Assembly (NCBI GenBank): GCA_040384465.1
Contig: JAZKJF010000009.1
Span: 2,129 to 66,128, forward strand
Length of the DNA: 64,000 nt
Direction: 5' to 3'
DNA from: Pseudomonadota bacterium
GTDB taxonomy: Bacteria; Pseudomonadota; Gammaproteobacteria; Pseudomonadales; Pseudohongiellaceae
Numbering within the stretch: position 1 is the first letter of the stretch; each line of letters opens with the position of its first letter. A program made the translations under genes and the position numbers. The notes beneath the pieces are model-generated. The model worked only from the letters and a program-made list of their open reading frames with translations, was not told where the DNA came from and did no database searches. Of this stretch, positions 37,767 through 45,929 are shown in pieces.

Positions 37767-40456
37767 AAGTTGAACCGCAGTCCGCCGATGTAGCGCGGTC
37801 CGAATTTTTCAAACTCGATCGGATATGCACTGTCGTCGCCGTAACGACGCGCGCCCCTGTCGGTCAGGTTGACGGCATCCGCGAAGATCTCGAATGTCTC
37901 ACTGACCTGGTAACGAACAGATAGATCAAGCTCGTCGTCGGTATCCCAGAAGATGTCGCCATTGGACGTGGGGCTCATGACGCCATTGACCATGCGGTAT
38001 TCACCGATGGACTGGCCCCATGGCGTGCGGTATTGGTAAGCAAGCCGCACGGTCAGGCCGTATTTTTCGTAAGTAGCCTGCACGTTGTAGACTTCATCCG
38101 AAGTACCCAACACGCTGATGGTGCGCTTGGGCACGCCGTTGATAGCGGCCAGATTGACTTCCGAATCCGTGAACGTCGCGGAGACATTCATGCCGAATCC
38201 CTCCATCCACTCCGGCAGACTCATGCTGCGCACCAGGCGCTCGGCAGAGGCAACATAAGCCAGCTCAACGCCGCTCAGGTTGCCGTCGCCCGCATTGCCG
38301 ACGGCGGATTGTATGTAGCCAGAGCGATCAATACCGCCGACGTCCAGCGTGTCCAGCCCGAAGACATTGGACTGGCTGATCAGCACATCCTTGAGGTCTT
38401 TGTAGAAGAAACCGGCAGAGAAGAAATCACCGGAAGGCATGTACCATTCCAGATAGGCATCCAAACCGGTCTGCTTCTCGGGCTTGGCTTCCGGGTTACC
38501 GCCGGAGATAGTCTGAGTGCTGTCATTGATGGTGAAGTTGGGGCGCAAGTCGTCGTAGTCTGGACGTGAAGCGGACGTAGTCACACCGAAGCGCAATTTC
38601 ACATCCTCATGAATATTCCAGTTCAAATGGGCGCTAGGGTAGACCAGCACTTCATCGTTGGAGACCTCGACCAGCCGCGTCTGTGCCGGTGTAGCACCCA
38701 CTGCCGGGAAAGCCACATACGCTTCGCCAGTATTGTCAATCTGCTCGACACGCGCACCGTAAATCACATCGCCCCAGTCGAACTCACTGGTCGCCATGCT
38801 GTACAGCGCGGTGATGCTTTCGGTGACTTCCCAATAGTTGCCACGGCTGTCCTGCAAGGTGGCCGCGCCGCTGGCGATCTGCTGCTTCATGAAATTCGTG
38901 GTGAAAGACTGGTTGGTGTAGCGGAAGCCGTAATTCAGATCCTGTCCACCGAGATAGCCGGTATCGGTCGCAAAAGTGGCCCAGGTCGGAATCGTGCCTG
39001 TTGTGAAATTGCGCAGGTAGCTTTTCTCACTGGAGCGCTTGGTGCGGTCGGTGTACAGACCACCAAACTCCACTTTGGTCGGTAACCCGAACAACGCCGT
39101 GTCATAGTCGAGGTCGAGTTTGAAGGTATCAGCCGCCGTTTTGTCCGCACCGATCACGTTGTTGATGCTCTGCATCGGGAACTGGAAATCTTCGATATTG
39201 GTGATCTGCGGGCCTTTGGTGCGTGCAGCGGTGACACCACCCGTGCTGTAGAAACGCATGGTGTTCTCATCGCCATCACGGAAGTCGTAATCCACAGTCG
39301 GGCGCAGCGCAAAACTGGATGGGCTTTGGAAAGCGGCTGACACCGGCGTGTTACGACCGTCGTTGGTATTGGTGCGGTTCACGCGCCAGGACACATCCCA
39401 ATCCGACAGCATGTGCTCACCGCCTATAGTGTGACTCATGGCATATTCTTCGCCGTCACGGTAATCGATGCGGGCATTGATACGGGCGCCGTAGACTGTT
39501 CCCTGTGTCGGATTGTTGCCATTGATGTAGGCGGCACTGGTGTAGCCTGCGCCTGCCGCGTTGGTGCCTTGATCCAGACGCACGATGAAGTTGTCGCGCA
39601 GTTCGTCGTCATGGAACATGGTGTTGATGGTGCTGGCGAACACTGTGTTGCTGTCGTCCAGCTTGTAATCAAAGCGCAGTGAAGCAGAATAATTTTCGCG
39701 CGTCAGACGGTAATGTTTGTTTTCGTGTTCGCGGGCAAAGCGCTTGCTCGGATCCACGGTGTTGCCGAGATAGGGATCGGTTTCCCAGTTGTCGGTGGCC
39801 ATTTCACGCTGGTAGTAAGAACCCTGAGCGAGCACGCCCAGCGCGCCGTCCAGCAAGACGTTGGAATAGGTCAGTGCACTGTCGAACTCATCTCCGCCGC
39901 CCAGATCAACCCGGCCCGCGCCGATCTTACCGGTGACTTGCTGGCCGGGATTGTCGAAACCGGTACGAGTCCGGATATCCACATTGCCGGCCACCGTGTT
40001 GCCTGCCATCGACGGCACAATCGCCTTCTCGACAACAATCTGTTTGGCAATCGCAGAGGGAATGTTGTCGAAACGCGAGGCACGGCCTTCGGGGCTGACA
40101 ATGCTCATGCCATCGTAGGACAGCGTAGTCCAGTAGTTAGGGGCTCCGCGCAGGTTGACATAGCGCGCCTGGCCTTGATCGCGCTCGATACCAACGCCGG
40201 GCAAACGGCCGACAGCGAAAGCGATGTTCTGGTCTGGCAGGTTGCCGATGGCATCTGCCGACAGCACGCTGACCAGTGAATCGGAGTTACGTTGCATTTC
40301 CAGAGCTGCGGCAACACTTTCCGCCATCGGGCGGCGCACGCTGACGGTGATTTCTTCGATTTCGCTGCTGCTTGACTGTGCATTTGACTGCGCCTGTGTG
40401 CCCGAACTCAACCCGAGAACGGTGGCTCCCAATAACAAGGTTCTGAATGTGCTCAT
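37763..40456 (-). CDS. TonB-dependent receptor
   Basis: 897 aa. Signal peptide, plug (EEITVS..., YVNLRG) and a 22-strand-barrel-sized C-terminus ending GGLRFNF. Confidence 0.9.
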   Translation of the reverse strand: MSTFRTLLLGATVLGLSSGTQAQSNAQSSSSEIEEITVSVRRPMAESVAAALEMQRNSDSLVSVLSADAIGNLPDQNIAFAVGRLPGVGIERDQGQARYVNLRGAPNYWTTLSYDGMSIVSPEGRASRFDNIPSAIAKQIVVEKAIVPSMAGNTVAGNVDIRTRTGFDNPGQQVTGKIGAGRVDLGGGDEFDSALTYSNVLLDGALGVLAQGSYYQREMATDNWETDPYLGNTVDPSKRFAREHENKHYRLTRENYSASLRFDYKLDDSNTVFASTINTMFHDDELRDNFIVRLDQGTNAAGAGYTSAAYINGNNPTQGTVYGARINARIDYRDGEEYAMSHTIGGEHMLSDWDVSWRVNRTNTNDGRNTPVSAAFQSPSSFALRPTVDYDFRDGDENTMRFYSTGGVTAARTKGPQITNIEDFQFPMQSINNVIGADKTAADTFKLDLDYDTALFGLPTKVEFGGLYTDRTKRSSEKSYLRNFTTGTIPTWATFATDTGYLGGQDLNYGFRYTNQSFTTNFMKQQIASGAATLQDSRGNYWEVTESITALYSMATSEFDWGDVIYGARVEQIDNTGEAYVAFPAVGATPAQTRLVEVSNDEVLVYPSAHLNWNIHEDVKLRFGVTTSASRPDYDDLRPNFTINDSTQTISGGNPEAKPEKQTGLDAYLEWYMPSGDFFSAGFFYKDLKDVLISQSNVFGLDTLDVGGIDRSGYIQSAVGNAGDGNLSGVELAYVASAERLVRSMSLPEWMEGFGMNVSATFTDSEVNLAAINGVPKRTISVLGTSDEVYNVQATYEKYGLTVRLAYQYRTPWGQSIGEYRMVNGVMSPTSNGDIFWDTDDELDLSVRYQVSETFEIFADAVNLTDRGARRYGDDSAYPIEFEKFGPRYIGGLRFNF

Positions 40457-40502
40457 AAGATTTCCTGATTTTCCTGATAGTAGTGTGATGTAATTTTTTT
40501 GA

Positions 40503-41696
40503 TTATTGGTCGTAACTGATTTCGTAGAGAATGCCGCCGTCAGGCCGATTGGAAGGGCCTGTCTGCGATGAGAAATACAAATACTGGAACGTTGGATCGA
40601 AAGCAGGGCCGCAGATTTCTGATGTGTCCTGCCCTGTGATTTTCACCACCGGCAGCACCAGCCTGTTCGGACCCAGCAGGACGATCTGCATGTCACCACC
40701 GTCTTCTGCCACCAGCACATCACCGGAAGCGGTGATGGTGACGTTGTCTACGCCACTCAAATGAGGAGTCGTGGCACTGGCAAAATCGTAGATGACATCA
40801 ATCTGATTGGTGTGAATATCGAAACGCCAGACCCGGTTGTCGCCTTTGGTGGTGAAATACACCAGGCCCTCGGTCCAGGCGATCCCTTCGCCACCATTGA
40901 AATGAGAGGCAGCTGGCACCTGCAGTCTGGTGCGGACTGTCTTTGCTGCAGGGTCCGGCACGTCGTGCCAGACGATGTGGCGTGTGGCACCTTTGGCAAC
41001 CACTTCCGCAATCTGCAGCGTGCCTGCCGAAAGATCGGGCAAGGCGTTGGCAGGAATGAAGCGATAAAAACCGCCATCCGTCTCGTCTTCGGTGAGGTAG
41101 AGGTGGGAATTGACCGGGTCGACTGCTACGGCTTCGTGTTTGAAACGACCAAGCGCCGGCAAGGCAACACCGGGCTTCACACCAAAGGGATCGCACTCCC
41201 AGACAAGACCGCAATCAACCTCCTCGCAGGACAGCCAGGTCTGCCAGGGCGTTTTGCCACCGGCACAATTGTTGTCGGTGCCAGAGAGAATGGAGTAAGC
41301 CGCAGTGGCTTCACCCGCCGCATTGAAGCGCACCGCGCCAACACCACCGCCGCCTTCTGCGATCTGTACTTCGCTGTTGGAGACATAGATCCAGCCGCCA
41401 TCAGGCGTCGCAAAGGTAGCGCCACCATCCGGAGAGTTGTGCCAGCGGTACTCTGATTCAGGCAGCACCACCTGCCCAGAGCGGGCAATGACGCGAGAGC
41501 GAAACCCGGGCAACAACTGCAGACCATTCGCATCGGGAGCGCCCAGTTCACCCAGAGCAGCAGGATTGGCAAAGAGAGGCAGGGTCTGGCTTTCCGTTGC
41601 CAGCAAGGGCTTCCTGACGCCCGCAAGGAGGAACGCGGCAAAACTCAGCGAACCCCAGGCCAGAAATTGGCGACGATCGGTTTTGCATGTCTTCAT
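40503..41696 (-). CDS. PhoX-family (DUF839) phosphatase-like protein, Tat-exported
   Basis: ATG 41696 gives MKTCKTDRRQFLAWGSLSFAAFLLAG, a twin-arginine signal. GTDNNCAGGKTPWQTWLSCEE is the DUF839/PhoX hallmark. Confidence 0.8.
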   Translation of the reverse strand: MKTCKTDRRQFLAWGSLSFAAFLLAGVRKPLLATESQTLPLFANPAALGELGAPDANGLQLLPGFRSRVIARSGQVVLPESEYRWHNSPDGGATFATPDGGWIYVSNSEVQIAEGGGGVGAVRFNAAGEATAAYSILSGTDNNCAGGKTPWQTWLSCEEVDCGLVWECDPFGVKPGVALPALGRFKHEAVAVDPVNSHLYLTEDETDGGFYRFIPANALPDLSAGTLQIAEVVAKGATRHIVWHDVPDPAAKTVRTRLQVPAASHFNGGEGIAWTEGLVYFTTKGDNRVWRFDIHTNQIDVIYDFASATTPHLSGVDNVTITASGDVLVAEDGGDMQIVLLGPNRLVLPVVKITGQDTSEICGPAFDPTFQYLYFSSQTGPSNRPDGGILYEISYDQ

Positions 41697-41810
41697 CTCT
41701 TCAACGACCTTCACGCGTGTGCTCACTCCCAAAGAAAATTGCAATGCCAGCAATCGGGACTCCATTTTTCAGAGCTAACCGATTCGTTGCGGGGAGTTAA
41801 GCACCTGAAT

Positions 41811-41828
41811 GTGAAACCGGGATGACAG
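41811..41828 (-). promoter_or_regulatory. candidate Pho box (PhoB binding site)
   Basis: The minus strand reads CTGTCAT-CCCG-GTTTCAC against the consensus CTGTCAT-NNNN-CTGTCAC. It lies 115-132 nt upstream of the PhoX-like ATG. Confidence 0.4.
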
Positions 41829-41902
41829 CTGCATGGCAGTTGCATTGCAGTTACGTGGCAGCGCGATTGCATCACCCGCCTGAGTCATGGAATAGTGACC
41901 CC

Positions 41903-42901
41903 ATGAGCCACGACCATCACAATCATCACCACAGCCACCCCCCGCATCACGAGCACGAGCACGAGCACGCGCACTCGCATCAGAGGCACTCGCACCACGA
42001 GCACACCCCTGCCAGTTTCGGCAGAGCCTTCGCGATTGGGATCACGCTGAACCTCAGCTTCGTGCTGGTCGAAGCGTTCTATGGCTGGCAGGCGCAATCT
42101 CTCGCACTGCTGGCCGACGCAGCCCACAACCTCAGCGATGTCGGCGGCTTGCTGCTGGCCTGGGCCGCCTATGCCGCTGCCACCTTGCGGCCTGACTCAC
42201 GACACACCTACGGCTGGCGACGTGGCTCGATCCTGGCCAGCTTCACCAACGCAGTGCTGTTGCTGGTGGCAATGGGCTCGCTGGCGTGGGAAGCAGCGCA
42301 ACGCTTCCAATCTCCAATGGCGATAGAGGCGCACACCGTAATGCTGGTGGCGGGCATCGGTGTGCTGATCAACGCCGCGACCGCTTGGTTGTTCATGGCC
42401 GGCAGCAAAAACGATCTGAATATTCGTGGCGCCTTCCTGCACATGGCGGCCGATGCACTGGTCTCGGTGGGTGTGGTGCTGGCGGGAGCGCTGTATCTGT
42501 GGCGCGGCTGGGCCTGGATCGACCCGGTGGTCAGTCTGCTGATTGTGCTGGTGGTTGTGGTGGGGACGTGGTCGCTGTTCCGGCAGTCACTGCATCTGCT
42601 GTTTGATGGCGTACCGGACAACGTGGATCTCGGCAAAGTGCGCCAGTGTCTGCTTGACCTGCCGGGAGTCGTGGATGTGCACGACCTGCACGTCTGGGCA
42701 ATGAGCACCGCTGACAACGCGCTGACCGCACATCTGGTATGTGACGAGACTGTCGACGATCACGATGCTCTGCTAAGGCTCGCCGCCGTACGTCTGCGCG
42801 AGGGCTTTACTATCGAACATGTGTCATTGCAGCGCGAGTCACCGAGCTTTGCTGCGGACTGCCCGGCGAATCAGGGGCCGTGTGCTAACGCACTTCGCTG
42901 A
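41903..42901 (+). CDS. cation diffusion facilitator (CzcD/ZitB-like) metal efflux transporter
   Basis: His-rich N-terminus MSHDHHNHHHSHPPHHEHEHEHAHSH, six TM segments, HxxxD motifs (AAHNLSD, HMAADA) and a C-terminal cytoplasmic domain. Confidence 0.9.
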   Translation: MSHDHHNHHHSHPPHHEHEHEHAHSHQRHSHHEHTPASFGRAFAIGITLNLSFVLVEAFYGWQAQSLALLADAAHNLSDVGGLLLAWAAYAAATLRPDSRHTYGWRRGSILASFTNAVLLLVAMGSLAWEAAQRFQSPMAIEAHTVMLVAGIGVLINAATAWLFMAGSKNDLNIRGAFLHMAADALVSVGVVLAGALYLWRGWAWIDPVVSLLIVLVVVVGTWSLFRQSLHLLFDGVPDNVDLGKVRQCLLDLPGVVDVHDLHVWAMSTADNALTAHLVCDETVDDHDALLRLAAVRLREGFTIEHVSLQRESPSFAADCPANQGPCANALR

Positions 42902-42964
42902 TCAAATACCCTTGACTGTATCGCAAAGGAGATACAATATTCGCAAAGAATAGAGGATTTGATC

Positions 42965-43243
42965 ATGGCCAACACCACGATGCTACACGTCCGAGTGGAC
43001 GATGACGTTAAAACGCAAGCAAGTGAAGCACTGGCAGCCATGGGGCTGACAGTGTCAGATGCTGTGCGCATCCTGCTCAAGCGTGTGGTCGACGATCAGG
43101 CTTTTCCGTTGGAGCTCAAAGTCCCCAACGCCCAGACCCGTTCTGCCATGGAAGAGGCACGCTCGATGATGAAAGCCCGTGCCGCCCGTTTCGAATCTGC
43201 GGACGCCCTGCTCAATGACCTCGAAAAAACCAACCAGCAGTAG
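42965..43243 (+). CDS. dinJ: RelB/DinJ family antitoxin
   Basis: MANTTMLHVRVDDDVKTQASEALAAMGLTVSDAVRILLKRVV is a ribbon-helix-helix DinJ pattern. ATG 42965 follows AGAGGA. Confidence 0.85.
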   Translation: MANTTMLHVRVDDDVKTQASEALAAMGLTVSDAVRILLKRVVDDQAFPLELKVPNAQTRSAMEEARSMMKARAARFESADALLNDLEKTNQQ

Positions 43244-43535
43244 ACGCGCCAGCCCACCCAAGGCGTGCGACTACACAAAATTCTTCCTCAAGGACTGGGA
43301 GCGCCTCTTTCGCTCTGGCCGCTACGATATGGAGCGAATGAAAGAAGCGATGCTGTTACTCATCGCCAACGATGCTCCGCTCGGCCTCGAATGGCTTGAT
43401 CACGCACTCAAAGGTGCGTGGTCTGATCACCGCGAATGCCACATTGGCGGAGACTTCTTGTTGATCTATCGACTGGAAGGAAATTCAATCACGTTCGTGC
43501 GCGCTGGTACGCACTGCGACTTATTTGAGCAATAG
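43215..43535 (+). CDS. yafQ: YafQ-family (RelE superfamily) mRNA interferase toxin
   Basis: DYTKFFLKDWERL...LDHALKGAWSDHRECHIGGDFLLIYRLEGNSITFVRAGTHCDLF parallels E. coli YafQ. The start is uncertain: ATG 43215 overlaps dinJ by 29 nt and has no clear RBS. Confidence 0.7.
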   Translation: MTSKKPTSSRRASPPKACDYTKFFLKDWERLFRSGRYDMERMKEAMLLLIANDAPLGLEWLDHALKGAWSDHRECHIGGDFLLIYRLEGNSITFVRAGTHCDLFEQ

Positions 43536-43566
43536 TCGCAGTGCTGTCATTCTTCATTTGCTGCCA

Positions 43567-43959
43567 TCAGGTCGGATTATTCGAGCTGTTGTTTGAAGAA
43601 CCTTTCAGCGCATCGCGCAGCCCCGCAAAAGGATTGTGCGTCGCGGCCTGTTTCTTGTTCTCTGTGGTACCGCCGTAGCGGATGAAGTTGGCGAACTTGC
43701 TGTGCTCCTCGTCGTGACAGTAGAGGCACAGCAGCTCCCAGTTGCTGCCATCGACTGGATTGCAGTCGTGATCATGATTGACGTGATGCACCGTCAACTC
43801 GCGCAGGTTCGCCCGTGTAAACTCCCGCGCACAGCGCCCGCAGATCCACGGATACAGCTTCAACGCCTGTTCGCGATAACCCCGCTCGCGTTCCGCGATG
43901 TAGCGCCGTTGTGCGTCCAGCGCCTTGTCGGCGGCGGTGCCTTTGTCTGTTCCGGCCAT
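43567..43959 (-). CDS. yajD: YajD family HNH nuclease
   Basis: GYREQALKLYPWICGRCAREF...LRELTVHHVNHDHDCNPVDGSNWELLCLYCHDEEH aligns closely with E. coli YajD as I recall it. Confidence 0.85.
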   Translation of the reverse strand: MAGTDKGTAADKALDAQRRYIAERERGYREQALKLYPWICGRCAREFTRANLRELTVHHVNHDHDCNPVDGSNWELLCLYCHDEEHSKFANFIRYGGTTENKKQAATHNPFAGLRDALKGSSNNSSNNPT

Positions 43960-44167
43960 ATTCTCTTACCTCATGCTCTTCACACTGGGCGTCATTGCTT
44001 AATCACTTCTCCCAGCAACATGGGTTTCGCCGTGTTATCGACTGCCTGGATTATGGTCCACTTGATGGAATAGCTCCAGCCTTGTGGATAACCCTATCAG
44101 TTGACATTCCCCCACCCTCCCCCGAAACTCCGGACATCCTGATTTTTACCGGACGCCAGACACTCCC

Positions 44168-45901
44168 ATGGACTACTACACCCGGAACGCCAGCGATCTG
44201 TTCCGACAATACAGTTCACTGAACCCCGCCGACGTGCATCGCGGCTGGCTCGATTTGCTGCCTGCACAAGCCGGCCTCGCATGCGACATCGGCGCAGGCA
44301 GCGGGCGCGATGCCGCCTGGCTGGCCAGCAAGGGCTGGGATGTCATTGCCGTGGAACCCAACGCCGAGCTGCGCGCACTGGGTGAGCAGCACACCATCAG
44401 CGCCGCCGCCAACTCCAGCACTGCCATTGGTGGCGTCACATGGCTCGACGACGCGTTGCCGGAATTGAAGCAACTGCGCTCGCTGGATCAACGCTTCCAG
44501 CTCATTCTGATCAGCGCCGTATGGATGCATCTGACGCCTGTGCAACACGAGCGCGCCATGCGCATCGTCAGCGAACTTCTCACGCCCGGCGGCATGCTGG
44601 TGATTTCCCTGCGACTCGGACCAGACGTCGCCGGACGGTTTCATCCCATCTGCGCGGATGAGTTGATTCGCCTGGCACAGGATCGCGCGCTTGTGAACAA
44701 AAGACGTTTCCGCGGAAACGACTTGCGGCGTGAGGAGGTCGAGTGGGATACAGTGGTGTTTACATTGCCGGACGATGGCACGGGAAGTCTGCCGTTGCTG
44801 CGGCACATCATCGTCAATGACAACAAAGCGGCGTCGTACAAACTCGGTCTGTTGCGTGTGCTGATTCGCATCGCCGAAGGTGCGCCGGGCATGGTGACAA
44901 AGCGCAGCGACGACTGGGTAGAGATTCCATTCGGGCTGGTCGGGCTGTACTGGCTGAAGACCTATATGCCGCTCGTGCTGCGTCATAATCTGATTCAAAC
45001 ACCCGCTGCCAATCACGCGACCCAAAGTGGTTACGGTTGGGCAAAGCACGAACACTTTTACAGTCTGCAGGACCTCTCAGCTTATGACCTTCGCGTCGGC
45101 GCATCGTTCGACGCCAATGTTGCCCCACGTCTCGTCGGCGCTATTCGCGATGCCTGCATCAACATCAAGAAGATGCCAGCTCACTACATCACCTATCCAG
45201 GCGAAAACCGCCAAGTGTTTGAGTGTGAGACGAACACAGTCAGGCATGGCTCTACACCATGGCAGATCACTCGCGAAAGCCTGCGACAATTTGGTACTTT
45301 CCGCATCCCCGCAGCGCTATGGCAATGCTTCAGCCAATACGCCTGCTGGCTGGAGCCAGCCATCTTCAATGAATGGGTGAAGCTGATGCAAACCTGGAAC
45401 TTCCAGTACGACACCAACGTATACAGCGGCGCATTTCAGTGGATAGACGCCAAACGCGATACAACAAAAGTCAGTGAGCGCATCAAGCAACTGCACAATC
45501 AAGGACAACACGTTGAATGCGTGTGGACCCACAAGAGGCTAATCATCGCCAACGAAAAGTACGCCGTCGATCACTGCTTCCCATGGTCACGCTGGCTCAA
45601 CAATGACCTCTGGAATCTGATGCCTGCTACGACAAGCGCCAACAATTCCAAGAGTGACAAATTGCCATCAGCGGGTTTGCTTCAGCATTCGCGCGATCAC
45701 ATTATTCATTGGTGGGAGCAGGCATATATTGAGAGTGAATTATTGCGACAGAAGTTCTTCATTGAAGCGGAAGCAGCATTGCCACTCATCGCAACTGGAA
45801 GCACGGACATTGATGCAGTGTTTCATGCGATGCAACATCAACGGGCGAAATTGAAGGCCAGTCAGCAGTTGGCTGAGTGGAGTATTGCGCCTACAATCTG
45901 A
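44168..45901 (+). CDS. fusion protein: N-terminal class I SAM-dependent methyltransferase + central unknown domain + C-terminal HNH/His-Me nuclease
   Basis: 577 aa. Motif I is ACDIGAGSGRDAAWLASKGWDVIAVEP. The post-I region is LILISAVWMHL...GGMLVISL. The central region contains ASYKLGLLRVLIRIAEG. The C-terminal YAVDHCFPWSRWLNNDLWNLMPATTSANNSKSDKLP (about 45560-45680) is HNH-like. Confidence 0.7.
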   Translation: MDYYTRNASDLFRQYSSLNPADVHRGWLDLLPAQAGLACDIGAGSGRDAAWLASKGWDVIAVEPNAELRALGEQHTISAAANSSTAIGGVTWLDDALPELKQLRSLDQRFQLILISAVWMHLTPVQHERAMRIVSELLTPGGMLVISLRLGPDVAGRFHPICADELIRLAQDRALVNKRRFRGNDLRREEVEWDTVVFTLPDDGTGSLPLLRHIIVNDNKAASYKLGLLRVLIRIAEGAPGMVTKRSDDWVEIPFGLVGLYWLKTYMPLVLRHNLIQTPAANHATQSGYGWAKHEHFYSLQDLSAYDLRVGASFDANVAPRLVGAIRDACINIKKMPAHYITYPGENRQVFECETNTVRHGSTPWQITRESLRQFGTFRIPAALWQCFSQYACWLEPAIFNEWVKLMQTWNFQYDTNVYSGAFQWIDAKRDTTKVSERIKQLHNQGQHVECVWTHKRLIIANEKYAVDHCFPWSRWLNNDLWNLMPATTSANNSKSDKLPSAGLLQHSRDHIIHWWEQAYIESELLRQKFFIEAEAALPLIATGSTDIDAVFHAMQHQRAKLKASQQLAEWSIAPTI

Positions 45902-45929
45902 GACAAAAATATCACTGCATTAACCACAA

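Noticed and set aside
44216-45055. 279-aa minus-strand ORF inside the methyltransferase-HNH gene.
   Set aside because: It is antisense to a frame with clear SAM-methyltransferase motifs. It has no motifs of its own and a mirror-frame composition.
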